NCBI GenBank assembly: GCA_051294375.1
Contig: CM119270.1
Location: forward strand, 12,765,117 to 12,829,116
Direction of reading: 5' to 3'
Source: Paraspadella gotoi
Taxonomy: Eukaryota > Animalia > Chaetognatha
DNA length: 64,000 nt
Shown: one piece after another, positions 40,320 to 53,560 of the stretch
Position numbering within the stretch: the first letter of the stretch is position 1
Layout: the number at the start of each line of letters is the position of its first letter
Notes under the pieces: generated by a model
Told to the model about the DNA's origin: nothing
Databases searched by the model: none
The model's input: only the letters and a program-made list of their open reading frames with translations
Translations under genes and position numbers: made by a program

Positions 40320-43300
40320 CTCTCTCTCCCATCATAGAACTGACTCTCTCTCTCTCTCACATTCTTCATCTTTATTTGTCACTGACAAAAGCTCGTCTTC
40401 AATCAAATCGAGATCTGACTCTCACGGACCTGAAGTCATTCCGCATTTCATATTTTTTTTCAATACGGTTTCGATCAATTTCCCTCGAGTTAATCAATTC
40501 TTGTGACCATCAGAGTCAGAAGGAAATTCCATTCTTATGCGTTTCTATAGAAACATTCTTTTAAATATTATACCACTTCATTGGCACCATGGGTGTGTGA
40601 TTCATTGATTGATAGATTGCATTTTCCCCGCTATGTTATTATCTGGTATGATAACCCACCATAAGCCTCTCAAAAGTCCGGATCAAGATAATTTATTTAT
40701 TGAATGAATGGAATAATTTTATGAGAATACTAATGATAATTTTCATTTGGTTGTACCAATTTCAAACTAGAAAATTCTGTAAAAATCGAAATTGTACACT
40801 GTACAACCATTGTACATCCAGTCATTAGTTGAAAACGCAAACATATTTCTTGTTTAATTGTTTAAATTAAAACGATTAAAAGGCTTAAAGAAGAGAGAAA
40901 TTCTTCTCGGCCAATGAGAATGAAAATCGCCCGTGAATCTATGGCGTCGGAAAAAGGGACGACGAGGCAAAGAAGCAAAGGAGGAAGAGAGCAGAGTGGA
41001 GAAAGGTAACGGGATGACCCAAGTCGCTCAAAAGCTATCGTCAGTGACTGAGACGCTTCCGTAAGTGTCTGGGAGGCTCCAGTGAGTTTCTAGGGGGCGC
41101 TACGTTCCATCTTTGGAGTCATAACGTCTTCTCGCCTCATAAGGAAATTAATGGGGAGGAAGAGAAAAAGGAATAAAGCCACAGAGGAAGGAAAAGAAGA
41201 AAGATGAAAAAAGAAGAAAAAGATGAATGGACAGATGGAATGATGAAGAAGGGAGGAAGAAACAAAAAAAAAGGAAAGGAAAAAATTTATGGAAAACAAA
41301 AAACATCAATTTTGAGGATTTTTTTTTTTATAGATAAAACAAACGACCCAAATGAAATAAGCCTAATCGACCGAAATGAGCAACGAGTCGTTTTCAGCTG
41401 AAAAAAAACAAAACAAAATGGCCGACAATTTCCTATTCTACGATACGTCGTTAAGAATGGGAGATAAAAGAGCAAAAGAGAAAGACATTAGATGAAAAAG
41501 AAAAAAAAAGAACTTTAGTAAATGGAGGAGGCTTTCAACTTGACCTGCGGCGTCAATGCACTTGGAACGATGACCACAAAAAACTGCAAGGGCAAAAAAA
41601 ATGTCGAAGCCATACAGCATACTTATCCTCTATGTTTTAACCTAGATTTAACCCTAATATTAAGAACCCTTGTCAACCTCCTAGAACCCTACCCCTAATC
41701 TACACGAACTCTTCCCCTAATCCCCACGAACCCTGCCCCTAATTCCCACGATCACTACCCCTTAATCCCCACGAACCCTACACCTAATCCCCACGAACTA
41801 TACACTAAGGCGTAGTGAAGAGTTACGTACGAAAATTCTAAGGTCATTTGAAACAACATAATCAGTGGAACATTAATTTGTAAAAAAAATTTAATTTTAT
41901 GTTTTTTTATTTTCGCAAGTAGGCTTATATTATATATGTACTATCCTTATAAAGTAAGAAAAAATTTCAAAATAGGCTTTTCTTAACTTTTGATGCAGTA
42001 TTTGAATTCCTCGTCAAAAGTTGATAAAAGAAAATATCAAATCATTTTTAAAAATTTCTTTCATTAAGTGAGGTTAAAAATTACAAAAAACTATAATTTA
42101 CAATATATAAAAGTTAATTTTTTCAGCTAAAATATAGTTTTTTCTAATTTTTGAGCACCACTTAATGAAAAGAATTTTTTAAAAGAGTTATATTTCTTTT
42201 TTATAAATTTTATGACGAATCAAATCTGCAAAAAAATGCTTTAGAAAACATATGTTTTTGAAATTTAACATTTCATTGGATTAGTACTAGTACTAAATTG
42301 GCCACTGCCACTAACAGTTGTAACAATTTATTATAAATTTTTTTATACATAAATGTTCATTAGTATAATGTTGTTCGTTCCTCACTTTAGAAATTTTAAT
42401 AAAGGTTAAAGTTTAGAAATTTTAACTGAGACGCTTTAGCTATACACCTAATCCCGCGAACCTACCCCCTAATCCGTCCCACTGAAACACTACCTTAATC
42501 CCCAACGATAACTACCCCTGATCCAAAACGACGCCTACCCTATCTTTACAAACTCTCTCCTAATCCCCCACGAAATCTTCCCATAAAACCCACGACCCTA
42601 CCCCACTCTGAAGCCATAGTAAGGGTGGACAAGCAGAAACATTTCATGCAGTGCCTCGGTACACCCAGCCTTGTAACCATACACTCCTGAAGCCATAAGT
42701 ACAGGTGGACAAGCTAGAAAATTTCATACACCCCTCTACCCAGCTGTAACCACTGACCACTCTATGAATGCCAAGTAAGGTGGACAGCAGAAAATTTATA
42801 CAGCTCCTCGCTAACCCAGGCTGTAAACCATACACTTCTGAAGCTCATATGTAAGGGTGGACAGCAGAAAATTTCATACAGCCGTCGCTACCAGCTGTAA
42901 CCACTATAGTTATACACCCTAATCCCCATGAACCCTGCCCCTAATCCCCTACGAACTCTACCCCTAATTCAGCACGAATCCTATACCTAATCCCACCAAC
43001 CCTACCCCTAATCGCCTACGAACCCTACCCCTAATCCCCACAAACTCTAACCCCTCATCCCACACAACCCCTACAACCTAAATCCCCAGCGAACCCCTAC
43101 CCCTAAATCCTCGGAAAGGAAACGAAAGACCATCGAGACCAATTTCCTCTTCAAGAGGGCCGGACGTTCCGGTCAAAAGGCCGAATTGAGGGTCATGGTG
43201 GGGGTAGGGGTAAGGGTAAGGCGGGTGCGAGGGGCGCTGGGGCGAAGTGCCTGTCCCCTTTGGGAGGCAGAAAATGGCCATTGGGACGGTAAAAAATGGC

Positions 43301-46230
43301 TCCGGTGCTGAGGCAGAAGACAAGAGGGGTTACGAGGAAACAATGCCTTCGAAAAAAAAGGGTTTTGCCCGTTGTTTTACCGACGGTGTAAATGTGAGCA
43401 GCCGGTATTTAGGCACACTTTTTTTGGTCCTTATCTTTATTTTTATTTGTTACATATATTAAGTTATGTTCATTTTAAAAGAATTTACTAACCAATATTT
43501 AAATTTGAAGCGGTGTATTATTCTTGAAACGTAACGTGGGAAAACGCTTCCATTATTATCAGATGAGAGCCTGAAAAGACCTTGATCTCTTTCCCGCGCC
43601 GTCGCTTTTTGTCTGGCATCCTGCACTGACCTCCAGCTCACCTGGTTCTATGATGCACCGAACGGAGTAGGATATCGAGACGTCGGGAAAACAGTCTCGC
43701 GATAAACACAACACAACACAACAACAACAGACACAACAACAAACACAAACACAACAACAACAACAACACAACAACAACAACAACAACAACAACAAGAGAA
43801 GAAAGAAGAAGAAGAAGAAGAGAAGAAGAAGAGAGAAGAAGACAGTGAGAGCTGTAAAAATGTTCGTACGAAAAGAAAATTGTTTGGGTTCAAAATCCTT
43901 GTAACATTTATTTATGACAACGAAAGACACGAACGACCACGTTCGAACGAAAAGGTTCTCGACGCATCGAGCGACACGACCCTGTCAACAGCACTCACAC
44001 GACACAACGACGACAAAAACGTCAACAACAGCTGTCGTCATCAAAATCCGGCAACGGAAAACCTGTCAAAAAGAAATGAAACTGCTATTTTGATGGATTT
44101 TACGTGATTTTGAATTCGCTGCTAAGTCAGCGACAACCAACAACCCCAAGTTCGACCACCATCAAACTTTAATAGCGGCGAGACCAACAACCTCAGATAT
44201 GGACCACGACAAATACTTAAATAGGTGGGGCAACCACTAACCTAGACATGACCAGCGATCAAACTTAATACGCAGCAACCACAAACCCAGACATGGGCGC
44301 ACGATTAAAACTTTAATAGCGGGCAACCACAAACCAGACATGGAACCACGCATCAAACCTTAATAGCGGCAACCACTAACTCCAACCATGGGCCACGAGC
44401 TAACGAACCAATAGCGGTCACCAAAACCCAGACATCGACCACCCGATCAAAACTTAACACGCGGCAGCCAAACCCTCATCGACCACACCGGTGGAGACGA
44501 AGATGCGGCCTCCTCGGAGCGCCACCGGCCCCGGGTTGTTTTCTCTCTGAAAAACTTTGTTTTTTGTTTTGGATGCGGTCGTGAAAAGAAGTGTTCACGA
44601 TCGCGATCCGGAGTGAACTCACCCGGAGTTTCCGTTCCAACGCAAAATTGGATTCCTCCGCGTCACTTAACTATTTTTTTGAACGCCAAATCACGGTTAA
44701 AAATAGGAGAAAAAGTGAAAGTGTTACAAATTGGACGAGCAAAAACGGGTAAGGTGAATTATTGAGGGTATTACTGGGTGAGTCTATAGAGACAAGCTGG
44801 CGTCGCGATGCTATTTTGTTCGTGCCATTCCGATTCAGCCACCAGGTTTTCTGAGAACTCGACACGACATGACGCGAATCGAGGAAGTGAGAAAACAACA
44901 TGGACAACTCAGAGACGAGATTCTTATCTCTCTCTCTCTCCTCTCTCTTCTCTCTGCTCTCTTCTCTCTCTCTCTCTCTCTCTCTCTCACCTCTTCTCTC
45001 TCTGCCCCGTCCATTTTCTTTCCTGCAGATCCTCTCCCCTCCCTTCACTCTTCTCTCCCAGAGAAAAAACAAGAATTATGAGGTTTAAGTCTCGGAGAGT
45101 TTACTAACGATACCGCCGTGAGATAAGAGTGGGCTTTAATTTTTATCTCCTTAAATTCTTCCGTGAATGAAAAAGAAGGGATGCAGTTTTTCATTGAGTT
45201 TTAACGAGAAGAGAAAAAAAAAAAGATAAAAAAAAAGAAAAAGAAGAAAAAAGAAAAAAGAAAAAGGAAAAAGAAAGAGAAAAGAGAAAAGAGAACAGAG
45301 AAAGAGAAGAGAAAAAGAGAAAGAAGAAAAAAGAAAAAGGAAGAAGGAGAGAAAGAAGGGAAGGAAAAAAGAAAAGAAGAGACAAGAAAGGAAAAAGAAA
45401 GTTAGATCACTTACAGCGCTTTTTTTTATAATGCATCTTTCCATCGTTGCATTCATCTCGGAATGAGCTCGAACCGATCAAATCAAAACCCAAATATATG
45501 ACACAAATAAAAGCATTCATTTCTAATAATTTATGTTACATTCGCCTAGCAGTTCGGTCATAATGCACCGGCAGAGTTTTTTATCATAAAGTTACATGCA
45601 TGTCAGAGTTAAATGCAAAAAAAAAAAAAAAAAAAAGACGAGACTGCCCAATGTACTTTATAAACTTGAACTTTATGTCTTCTTCGAGAAGACAACTTAA
45701 GAGACACAATAAAATTAACCAGCGATTTATACAGTTATTGAGACGAACCCAGAACAACATCCATTTGTTTGACAGAAGCGACCGCCTCCTATTGGCCGTG
45801 GACTTGCTCGAGTGAACGACCCTCGTTTCGCGTCTTATGGAAAAACAGCGGAAAACTCGCTGCTTCCATCTCTGACCTCCAGGCATGCAGCAATTTCTCA
45901 CTACGTTGAGCCACATCTACAGCCGCTACAGCGCAATAAAATGCCCAGCAATAGAAGATCATAACAGGAGCGATACAGGCATAATTTTTGTGATCCTTAA
46001 GAATCCACAATATTATTTTATATAAAGGTTAAACTCACATAAACGGGTTGATTTAGTTTACTTACGTTGTTATACAGTGCAATAAACAAGAAATACGTCG
46101 TCGTTATTAAACTATATATGAGTACATTGAAAAGCATCTTTTTTTTATCATGAAATAGTGTGAGTTTCTGCCTTCCAATGCGGTTTATGGCCGTAACTGA
46201 CAATTACGAATATCACTAACTTTCTTGGCC
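40320..46230 (-). repeat. Inverted copy of ~35410-40254, centred on the 25-N gap at 40255-40279
   Basis: Near-identical next to the gap (shared peptide MSLTKARLQS on opposite strands) and increasingly noisy outward. Confidence 0.93.
41806..42439. mobile_element. AT-rich non-autonomous DNA transposon (MITE, hAT-like)
   Basis: Flanked by 8-bp direct repeat CTATACAC (41798-41805, 42440-42447). Termini taaggcgt...acgcttta(g), with imperfect subterminal inverted repeats. The empty site is in the inverted copy at ~38800. Confidence 0.75.
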
Positions 46231-46853
46231 ATTCGTCTTGGACCGGTCTAGCGTAATAAAGCCGCTAATACACTGTATAAACTGCAATACTGCTGGGCAA
46301 TCTGTATACCCTTCTTACATGTACCCAGTATCTTTCCTCTCACCAAAAATTGTCGACAGGTGGCGCGAAATGATCTCGGTCCTTGACGCGTTTTTTCGTG
46401 CCAAGTCTTCCTTTCGGTTCCACCTGATGCCATCGAAACTCTTACGTTAAAACTTAAAAGGAATTAATCCCTTTTTTTATTTTTGCCACTTCCCTAGTTA
46501 TTTTTTTAATTTAAGAGACACAACTTGGTAATTTCTTTTAAGCCGTTTTTTATATTAAGGTTCACGCTATAAAGGTTTAGAGAGAGAGACCGGTGGTAAG
46601 TCGCCTCACTTCCTTGTAAAGGTTGAAATTCATTTTTCGAAATAATAAAACCTATTTACAAAAGAGGAAAAGTTGTTTAAAATAATCAAGACTTCTCACG
46701 AAAGAAAGTAAATTCATTATAAAACTGTTTTCCTTCTTCCTTCTCCCTCGGACTCGTCCGCCATCTTCTTTCCATTCTCGCTCGTTCCACAACTCTAATA
46801 TAACAACAACAAAAAAGCGCCGGTGGCTCCGCCCGGCGTTTTTCACGCCCTAG

Positions 46854-46956
46854 AAGTGACGCCGCGACGAATCGGCGTCGCTGAAGGAAAGAGCGCCTCT
46901 TTGGAATGCCGACTCGAGAACAGGGAAGAAGCGCCGGAGGAAACCGTCTTTTCGTG
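46854..46956 (+). CDS. Ig-domain exon 1 (strands A-C)
   Basis: ccctag|...TG|gtacat. Peptide VTPRRIGVAEGKSASLECRLENREEAPEETVFS(W) has the VxEGxSAxLxC motif and ends in a split Trp codon. Not in the ORF track. Confidence 0.8.
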
Positions 46957-47227
46957 GTACATGAAAAGAAAAAGAAAAAAGGAAGAAAGATGAGAGAGAA
47001 AAAAAAAAGGAGAAAGAAAAANNNNNNNNNNNNNNNNNNNNNNNNNATAAAAGAGAAAAAATAGTAGAAAAGAAGAGAGAAAAAAAAAGACTGTAAAAAA
47101 AAAAAAGGGAGCCGGTCGCAATAAAACGGCGAACATGTGCCCTCAGTTCTCCCCCCTGCTTTCTATCAACCCCTCACCCCCCACTGGTCCCCTCTCTTTA
47201 CTCCTCTCCACCGCCAAAACGGTCCAG

Positions 47228-47331
47228 GTTCAATAGAGGATATAAAACCTCCAGCCCTCCCTTCCGCCCAGGAGTCGACGACCTTACCAACGGGACCCTC
47301 ATCTGATCAAAGACTCCGACCGAGCACGCAG
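47228..47331 (+). CDS. Ig-domain exon 2 (strands C-E), with indel errors
   Basis: ccag|G completes the TG/G Trp codon. Reads WFNRG...PGVDDLTNGTLI..QRLRP/EHAG after frame corrections. The donor appears corrupted (gaaagg). Confidence 0.6.
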
Positions 47332-47614
47332 GAAAGGCGCCCGCCCCCTACCCCCCCCCCCCATGTTATGAGTTCACTTGGGTTGTAATTTTCAGAAAAT
47401 GATATTGTATTGTAAATATAGTTTATTAGGAAGATATTTTGCATAAGCTGATAAAATTAAAATCACAATTATCGAAAATTACCTAAAAAATACGCGTTGT
47501 CACATATCAATTAATATTAAATACAAGTCGTCAGAAATGCGTAACAAGTGCGCGTACACCGAATGCGCACCTCCCCTCGATAAAATTTCCGTTGCGTGAC
47601 CCGACTCTGTGCAG

Positions 47615-47706
47615 GCAGATACCGTTTGCGGAGTTTGTTTCGATTTCGACGAGAGACGCCCTGCCACGGCCGCGCCTCCGTCGTCATGCGTGACGCGGAG
47701 GCGCAG
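47615..47706 (+). CDS. Ig-domain exon 3, error-laden copy 1
   Basis: Near-identical to 50829-50921 but frameshifted; tgtgcag| acceptor and |gtagaa donor. Confidence 0.55.
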
Positions 47707-48290
47707 GTAGAAGGCGCGAAGGTGGCTGGTGGATGAGGTGGTAGTCGATGGCTTTGGGAGTTTGGCGTGATTAGTTGAAGTCGAAGAGGGGGGGCGGCCT
47801 CGAACTGCCGGGAACCCTTCGCCGTTCAAAATCTTTTAATGTATCCAAGAGAGCCGTGCAGTATTAAAGTTACTTTTAAATTAATGAATGTATTTGCCGA
47901 AAAAAAAATTTTTTTATTTAAATTTGTTGTGTTGAAATTCGCGATTGATAGGAACGCGCGTCTTAATTAATCCTCATTAAAAACGAACGCTTCCTTATGC
48001 GATTAACAAAATTTTGGCGAGAAATTAATTTCGCCGCTTTTAATGTCGCGATTTTTTTTATATTTTTTTTTTTTTCGTTTTCTGTACATTCTTTTTTTTT
48101 CTTGGCAATGATCCATTTTTTCCTTTTTTTTGTTATAATTTTGTTTCGTTTTTTTTGTTTTTTTTTTTTTTTGTTGAAATTTTTTCGCCGACGGAAAATT
48201 ATCTTTTTCCTCTGGACGGAAAAAAAATTTGTGGTGGACATTAAACTTTGCTTTCCATTTGCTAAGGCATTGCTTAAGAAAATCTTATCG

Positions 48291-48337
<47 letters not shown>

Positions 48338-48598
48338 CTCTCTCTCTCTCTCTCTCCTCCTCCTCTCTCTTCCCTCTCTATCCCTATACTTCCAAAATAT
48401 TAGATATGGGAGAAAAGGGACCAGAATTATATATGATAAACAAACAAGATTCACTTAACGACACCCAGCGATAGTTTCTGTATCCCTTTTCGCTCAGCTA
48501 AAATTTACGTCAAAAGTCCTTTAATCGTTAATTGCCCACAAACGCCGGTGTCTTTTTAAAGTTCCATGATGTGAAAAGCTTTTCAGTCTCTCTCTCTT

Positions 48599-48667
<69 letters not shown>

Positions 48668-49438
48668 TTTATCCGCCTCCACGTCTCAACTCTCGTTAAC
48701 TTTTTATTTCCATTAAAAAGAAAAGTTCTCCATAAAAAACAGTACGAAAAAACTAAAGGCCTTAAAAATAAAATATTAATGTTGGTTAATTTCGCCAGGA
48801 TTTTGTGAAGCGCGAAATCGAGCATTCCCACTCAGTCACCGCCCACCGCTTCCTCTTACACCACCCCACAATCTCCTCCTAGCTATCACACCCTTTTTAC
48901 CCTTGCCCTACCCCCTAACAACCCTCACAAGCCCTACCTCCCTTAAGCTAATCAACATTCCCTTCTTTCACCTTCGCCCCCCCTTCCACTCCCCTTACCC
49001 CACAACCCTCACAAGTCCTCACCTCCTTAAGCTAATCACATCCTTCTCCCTTTCGCCCCCTTTCCAACTGCCTGTACCAACCTCCGCCCCACTCCTAGCG
49101 TTCACTTCCCCTTACCCGCTCCCCCCACTCTAACCACACCTCACAAGTCCCTACAGTCCTCCAGCCTCACTCCTTAAGCTAATCACATTCCCTTCTATTT
49201 TCATCTAATAAACTCACGTTTTTCTCTTCTTCCAACATTGCTCTACCAGTTTTTTCTTCTTTTTTTTCTTTCTTTTAATAATCCCAAGTATTACAACTCG
49301 TTAAATAGATCCCACCATTTGACCGACCTGTGACTCTCATGCAGTGTGTTCTGTCAAGTTTTATCTTGGGACTAATAATATTTCCCACTCACCCTCCCAT
49401 CCACACCCCCTCGCTTCCACCTCCCCTTACCACTCCAG

Positions 49439-49557
49439 GTGGGCGTCCTCTTGCGGCTCCGACGATTTTCCTGCGATTCCGACAAAAATGCGTCGCTAAT
49501 TCGCCAAGTTGTGACGTTACGACGATTGCGACGATGGCGCCGACGAATTCGATTGTC
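49439..49557 (+). CDS. LDLa exon, error-laden copy 1
   Basis: ccag|...|gtaagt. The 3' end reads DDGADEFDC correctly; the 5' part has deletions relative to copy 2. Confidence 0.65.
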
Positions 49558-50390
49558 GTAAGTTGTTTCTTTTCATTGTTTTTTTTTTTTGTTTCGTTGT
49601 GTTTTTGTTTCGGTTTTTTTTTTTAAATTTTTTTAGAGGAGTATGTTTTTGATTTCGTTTCTCTTCGACTTTTTCGTCGTATTTACTCGACGATCGCTTG
49701 GAGAAAAATCGGGTTTTTCTAATCTATTTGTTTTTGTTATTTAATAATAGTTTGGTCTACTTCTGTAGGCTCTGATGAGGAAACTTTTTTGAGCCGTTAT
49801 TTTAAATATCTTCGTCAGATTTTATATTCGTGAAAAAAACGCCGTCAATTAGTTTTTTAAAATATTTTTTAAAAATGTAAACATTTCACATTTTAAACAC
49901 AAATAAACGATTTTGGCTATAATATACGGTTTTTCTATTTGTTAATTTCTTTCATCTCATCGTTTTTGTAAGGTGATAAATGTCAAGACAAGGAAAAAAA
50001 GATTGCGTTTTCGCAACGGAATTTAGTTTTTAATTTGCATACATGTTGTTCGAATAGTTTTTTATTCATTCGTCAGTGCAAAAAATCATTTTATGAAATT
50101 TACAAGTTGAGGCAATGTTTCTACTCGAAACATGCATAGCAAAATTAAAAACTAAGTTCGTTGCGAAAACCAATCTTTTCTCTTGTTTAAAGTTTTTCTA
50201 TATAAATGATATTTTGTTACGTTCTCCTGTTTTTAGCACGGATCTGCTTATGAGAGATTAACGGCTCTTAATTTACTGTGTCGGTCCGTCCGTCCGCCTC
50301 CCAAAATTGTTCGTAAGTCATTTAAATCAAGTCAGTACATCGAATTATGATAAATTATGCAAAAAAATGAAGTCCATCCACCCTCCGTCC

Positions 50391-50421
<31 letters not shown>

Positions 50422-50828
50422 CGTCCGTCTTTAGCTTTGAACGCCTATTACTTATGTTGTGTTGGGCGATTGACTGAAATTTTGTATGTGGTTAGGTAAG
50501 AGTGTGATTTGAGCTGGAAATCAAGTTCCGATGGAATCGTCCAGGAAATAAGTTAAAATGGAGAAAACAAAAAAAACTATTTCACTATTTGTTGGGTTGT
50601 AATTTTCAGAAAATGATATTGTATTGTAAATATAGTTTATAGGAAGATTTTAGCATTAAGCTGATAAAATTAAAAATCACAATTGTCGAAAATTACCTAA
50701 AAAAATACGCGTTGTCACATATCAATTAATATTAAATACAAAGTCGTCAGAAATATGCGTACACAATGCGCGTACACCGAATGCGCACCTCCCCTCGATA
50801 TCCGTGCGTGACCCCGACTCCTGTGCAG

Positions 50829-50921
50829 GCAGATACGTTTGCGAGTTGTTCGATTTCGACGAGGAGACGCCCGACCCCACGGCCGCCGCCTCCGTCGTCA
50901 TGGTGACCGCGGGAGGCGCAG
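50829..50921 (+). CDS. Ig-domain exon 3 (strands F-G), copy 2
   Basis: tgtgcag|...|gtagat, 93 nt, phase 1-1. Peptide GRYVCELFDFDEETPDPTAAASVVMVTAGGA completes the HAG-RYxC Ig motif. Confidence 0.75.
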
Positions 50922-51499
50922 GTAGATGGCGCGAAGGTGGCGTGGTGGAGAGGTGGTAGTCGATGGCGTTTGGGGAGTTGGCGTGATTAGTTGAAGTCGA
51001 AGAGGGGGGGGCGGCCTCGAACTGCCGGAACCTTCGCCGTTCAAAATCTTTAATGTATCCAAGAGATGCCGTGCAGTATTAAAGTTATTTTAAATAATTG
51101 AATGTTTTTGCCGAAGAAAAAAAATTTTATTTAATTTTGTTGTGTTGAAATTCGGATTTGATTAGGACGCGCGTCTTAATTAATCCTCATTAAAAACGAA
51201 ACGCTTCCTTAGCGAATTAACAAATTTTGGCGAGAAATAATTTTCGCCGCTTTTAATGTCGCGATTTTTTTATATTTTTTTTTTCGTTTCTGACATTTAT
51301 TTTTTTTTTTCTTGGCAATGATCCATTTTTCCATTTTTTTGTATAATTTGTTTCGTTTTTTTTGTTTGTTTTTTTTTTTTTGTTGAAATTTTTTCGCCGA
51401 CGAAAATTATCTTTTTCCTCTGACGGAAAAATTTTGTGGTGGACATAAACTGTTTGTCTTTCCATTTTGATCTTGTCGCTCTCTCTCGTCTACTCCTCT

Positions 51500-51556
<57 letters not shown>

Positions 51557-51755
51557 CCTCTAAACTTCCAAAAATATTAGATATGGAGAAAAGGGACCAA
51601 ATATTTTGATAAACAAACCAAGATCACTAACGACACCTAGCGAAGTTTCTGTATCCCTTTTCGCTCAGCAAAATTTCGCTCAAAAGTCCTTTAATCGTTA
51701 ATTTGCCCACCAAACGCCGGTTCTTTTTAAAGTTCCATGATGTAAAAGCTTTCAG

Positions 51756-51815
<60 letters not shown>

Positions 51816-51989
51816 ATTCCGCCTCCACGTCATCAACCTCGTTAACTTTTTTATTCCATTTAAAAGAAAAGTCTCATAAAAAAGCAGTACGAAAAAACTA
51901 AAGTTGCTTAAAAATAAATATTAATGTTGTTAATTCGCCGCAGGATTTTGTGAAGCGCGAAATCGAGATTCCCACTGTCAGTCACCCGC

Positions 51990-52258
51990 CCTTCACCCGC
52001 GCCCTTTCCACTCCCCTTACCACAACACTCGCAAGTCCTACCTCCTTAAGCTAATCACATTCCCTTCTTTCTCCCTTCGCCCCCCCTTCCATCCCCTTAC
52101 CACACAACCCTCACAAGTCCTCACTCCTTAAGCTAATCACATTCCCTTCTTTCACCCTTCAGCCCCCCCTTCCACTCCCCTTACCCACAACCCTCACAAG
52201 TCCCTCACAAGTCCTCACAAGTCTCACTCCTTAAGCTAATCACATTCCCTTCTTTCTC
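51990..52258. repeat. ~75-80 bp C-rich tandem repeat (also 48840-49200)
   Basis: Repeated ctccttaagctaatcacattcccttcttt...ccttccactccccttacc..acaaccctcacaagtcc. Confidence 0.8.
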
Positions 52259-52435
52259 ATTCAATAAAACTCACGTTTCTTCTCTCCTTCCAACTCACAG
52301 TTTTTTCTTCTTTTTTTTCTTTTTTTTTTTCAATAAAATCCCCAAAGCGATGACTCTCAGATCCAACTTCTAATATATTTCCACTCCACCCTCCATCCAC
52401 ACCCCCTCGCTTCCACCTCCCCTTACCACTCCCAG

Positions 52436-52557
52436 GTGTGGCGTCCTCTTGCGCCTCCGACGAGTTTTCCTGCGATTCCGACAAAAAATGCGTCGCTAAT
52501 TCGGCCAAGTGTGACGGTTACGACGATTGCGACGATGGCGCGACGAATTCGATTGTC
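52436..52557 (+). CDS. LDLa exon, copy 2
   Basis: cccag|...|gtaagt. Reads VASSCASDEFSCDSDKKCVANSAKCDGYDDCDDGA, then a 1-nt deletion. The base is present in copy 1 and restores DEFDC (123 nt, phase 1-1). Confidence 0.85.
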
Positions 52558-52952
52558 GTAAGTTGTTTCTTTTCATTGTTTTTTTTTTGTTTCGTTGTGT
52601 TTTTGTTTCGGTTTTTTTTTTAAAATTTTTTTAGAGAGTATGTTTTTTGATTCGTTTCTCTTCGACTTTTCGTCGTTTTTAACTCGACGATCGCTTGGAG
52701 AAAATCGGGTTTTTCTAACTATTTGTTTTTGTTATTTAATATAGTTTGGTCTACTTCCGTAGGCTTGATGAGAAACTTTTTTGAGCCGTATTTAAATATC
52801 TTCGTCAAGATTTTATATTCTAGGCGTCAATTAGTTTTTTTAAATATTTTTTAAAAATGTAAACATTTCACATTTTAAACACAAATAAACGATTTTGGCT
52901 ATATATAGGTTTTTTATTTGTTAATTTCCTTTCATTTCGTTGGTATAAATTC

Positions 52953-53143
52953 AAACAAGAAAAAAGATTGGTTTTCGCAACGAATTTAGTTTTTAATTTG
53001 CATACATGTTTCGAATAGTTTTTTATTCATCGTCAGTGCAAAAACATTTTATGAAATTACAAGTTGAGGCAATGTTTCTACTCGAAACATGCATGCAAAT
53101 TAAAAACTAAGTTCGTTGCGAAAACCAATCTTTTCTCTTGTTT
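52953..53143. repeat. ~190 bp foldback (MITE-like); second copy at ~49985-50190
   Basis: ~65 bp arms: aaacaagaaaaaagattggttttcgcaacgaatttagtttttaatttgcatacatgtttcga versus its reverse complement at 53083-53143. Confidence 0.7.
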
Positions 53144-53164
53144 AAAGTTTTTTATTATAAATGT

Positions 53165-53560
53165 ATTTTGTTACGTCTCCTGTTTTTAGACGGATCTGCT
53201 TATGGCAGATTACGGCTCTATAATTCACTGTGTCGGTCCGTCCGTCCGCCTCCCCAATATTGTTCGTAAGTCATTTAAATCAAGTCAGTACATCGAATTA
53301 TGATAAATTATGCAAAAAAATTGAAGTCCGTCCACCCTTCTGTCTGTCTGTTTGTCTGTCTATCTGTTTGTCTGTCCGTCCATCTTAGCTTTGAACGCCT
53401 ATTACTTATGTTTGTGTTGGGCGATTGACTGGAAATTTTGTATGTGGTTAGGTAAGAGTGTGATTGAGCTGGAAATAAAGTTCCGATGGAATCGTCCAAG
53501 GAAATAAGTTAAAATGGAGAAAACAAAAAAATATATTTCACTATTTGGTTATGCTTTTTT
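53165..53560 (+). mobile_element. Possible DINE-1/HINE-like (Helentron-associated) element; copy at ~50210-50590
   Basis: Starts in a T-run (ttttgttacgtctcc), has internal (GTCC/GTCT)n microsatellites and a gaaattttgtatg core, as recalled for DINE-1-like elements. Confidence 0.35.

Larger units (their letters stand above)
47380..53548 (+). repeat. ~3.1 kb tandem direct duplication (47380-50592 / 50594-53548)
   Basis: Both units start gggttgtaattttcagaaaatgatattg and end ttcactatttg. Each holds Ig exon 3 and an LDLa exon. Confidence 0.92.

Noticed and set aside
49770-49790. CTGATGAG-GAAAC hammerhead-like core
   Set aside because: There is no stem II between the motifs, and the duplicate copy at ~52765 reads differently.
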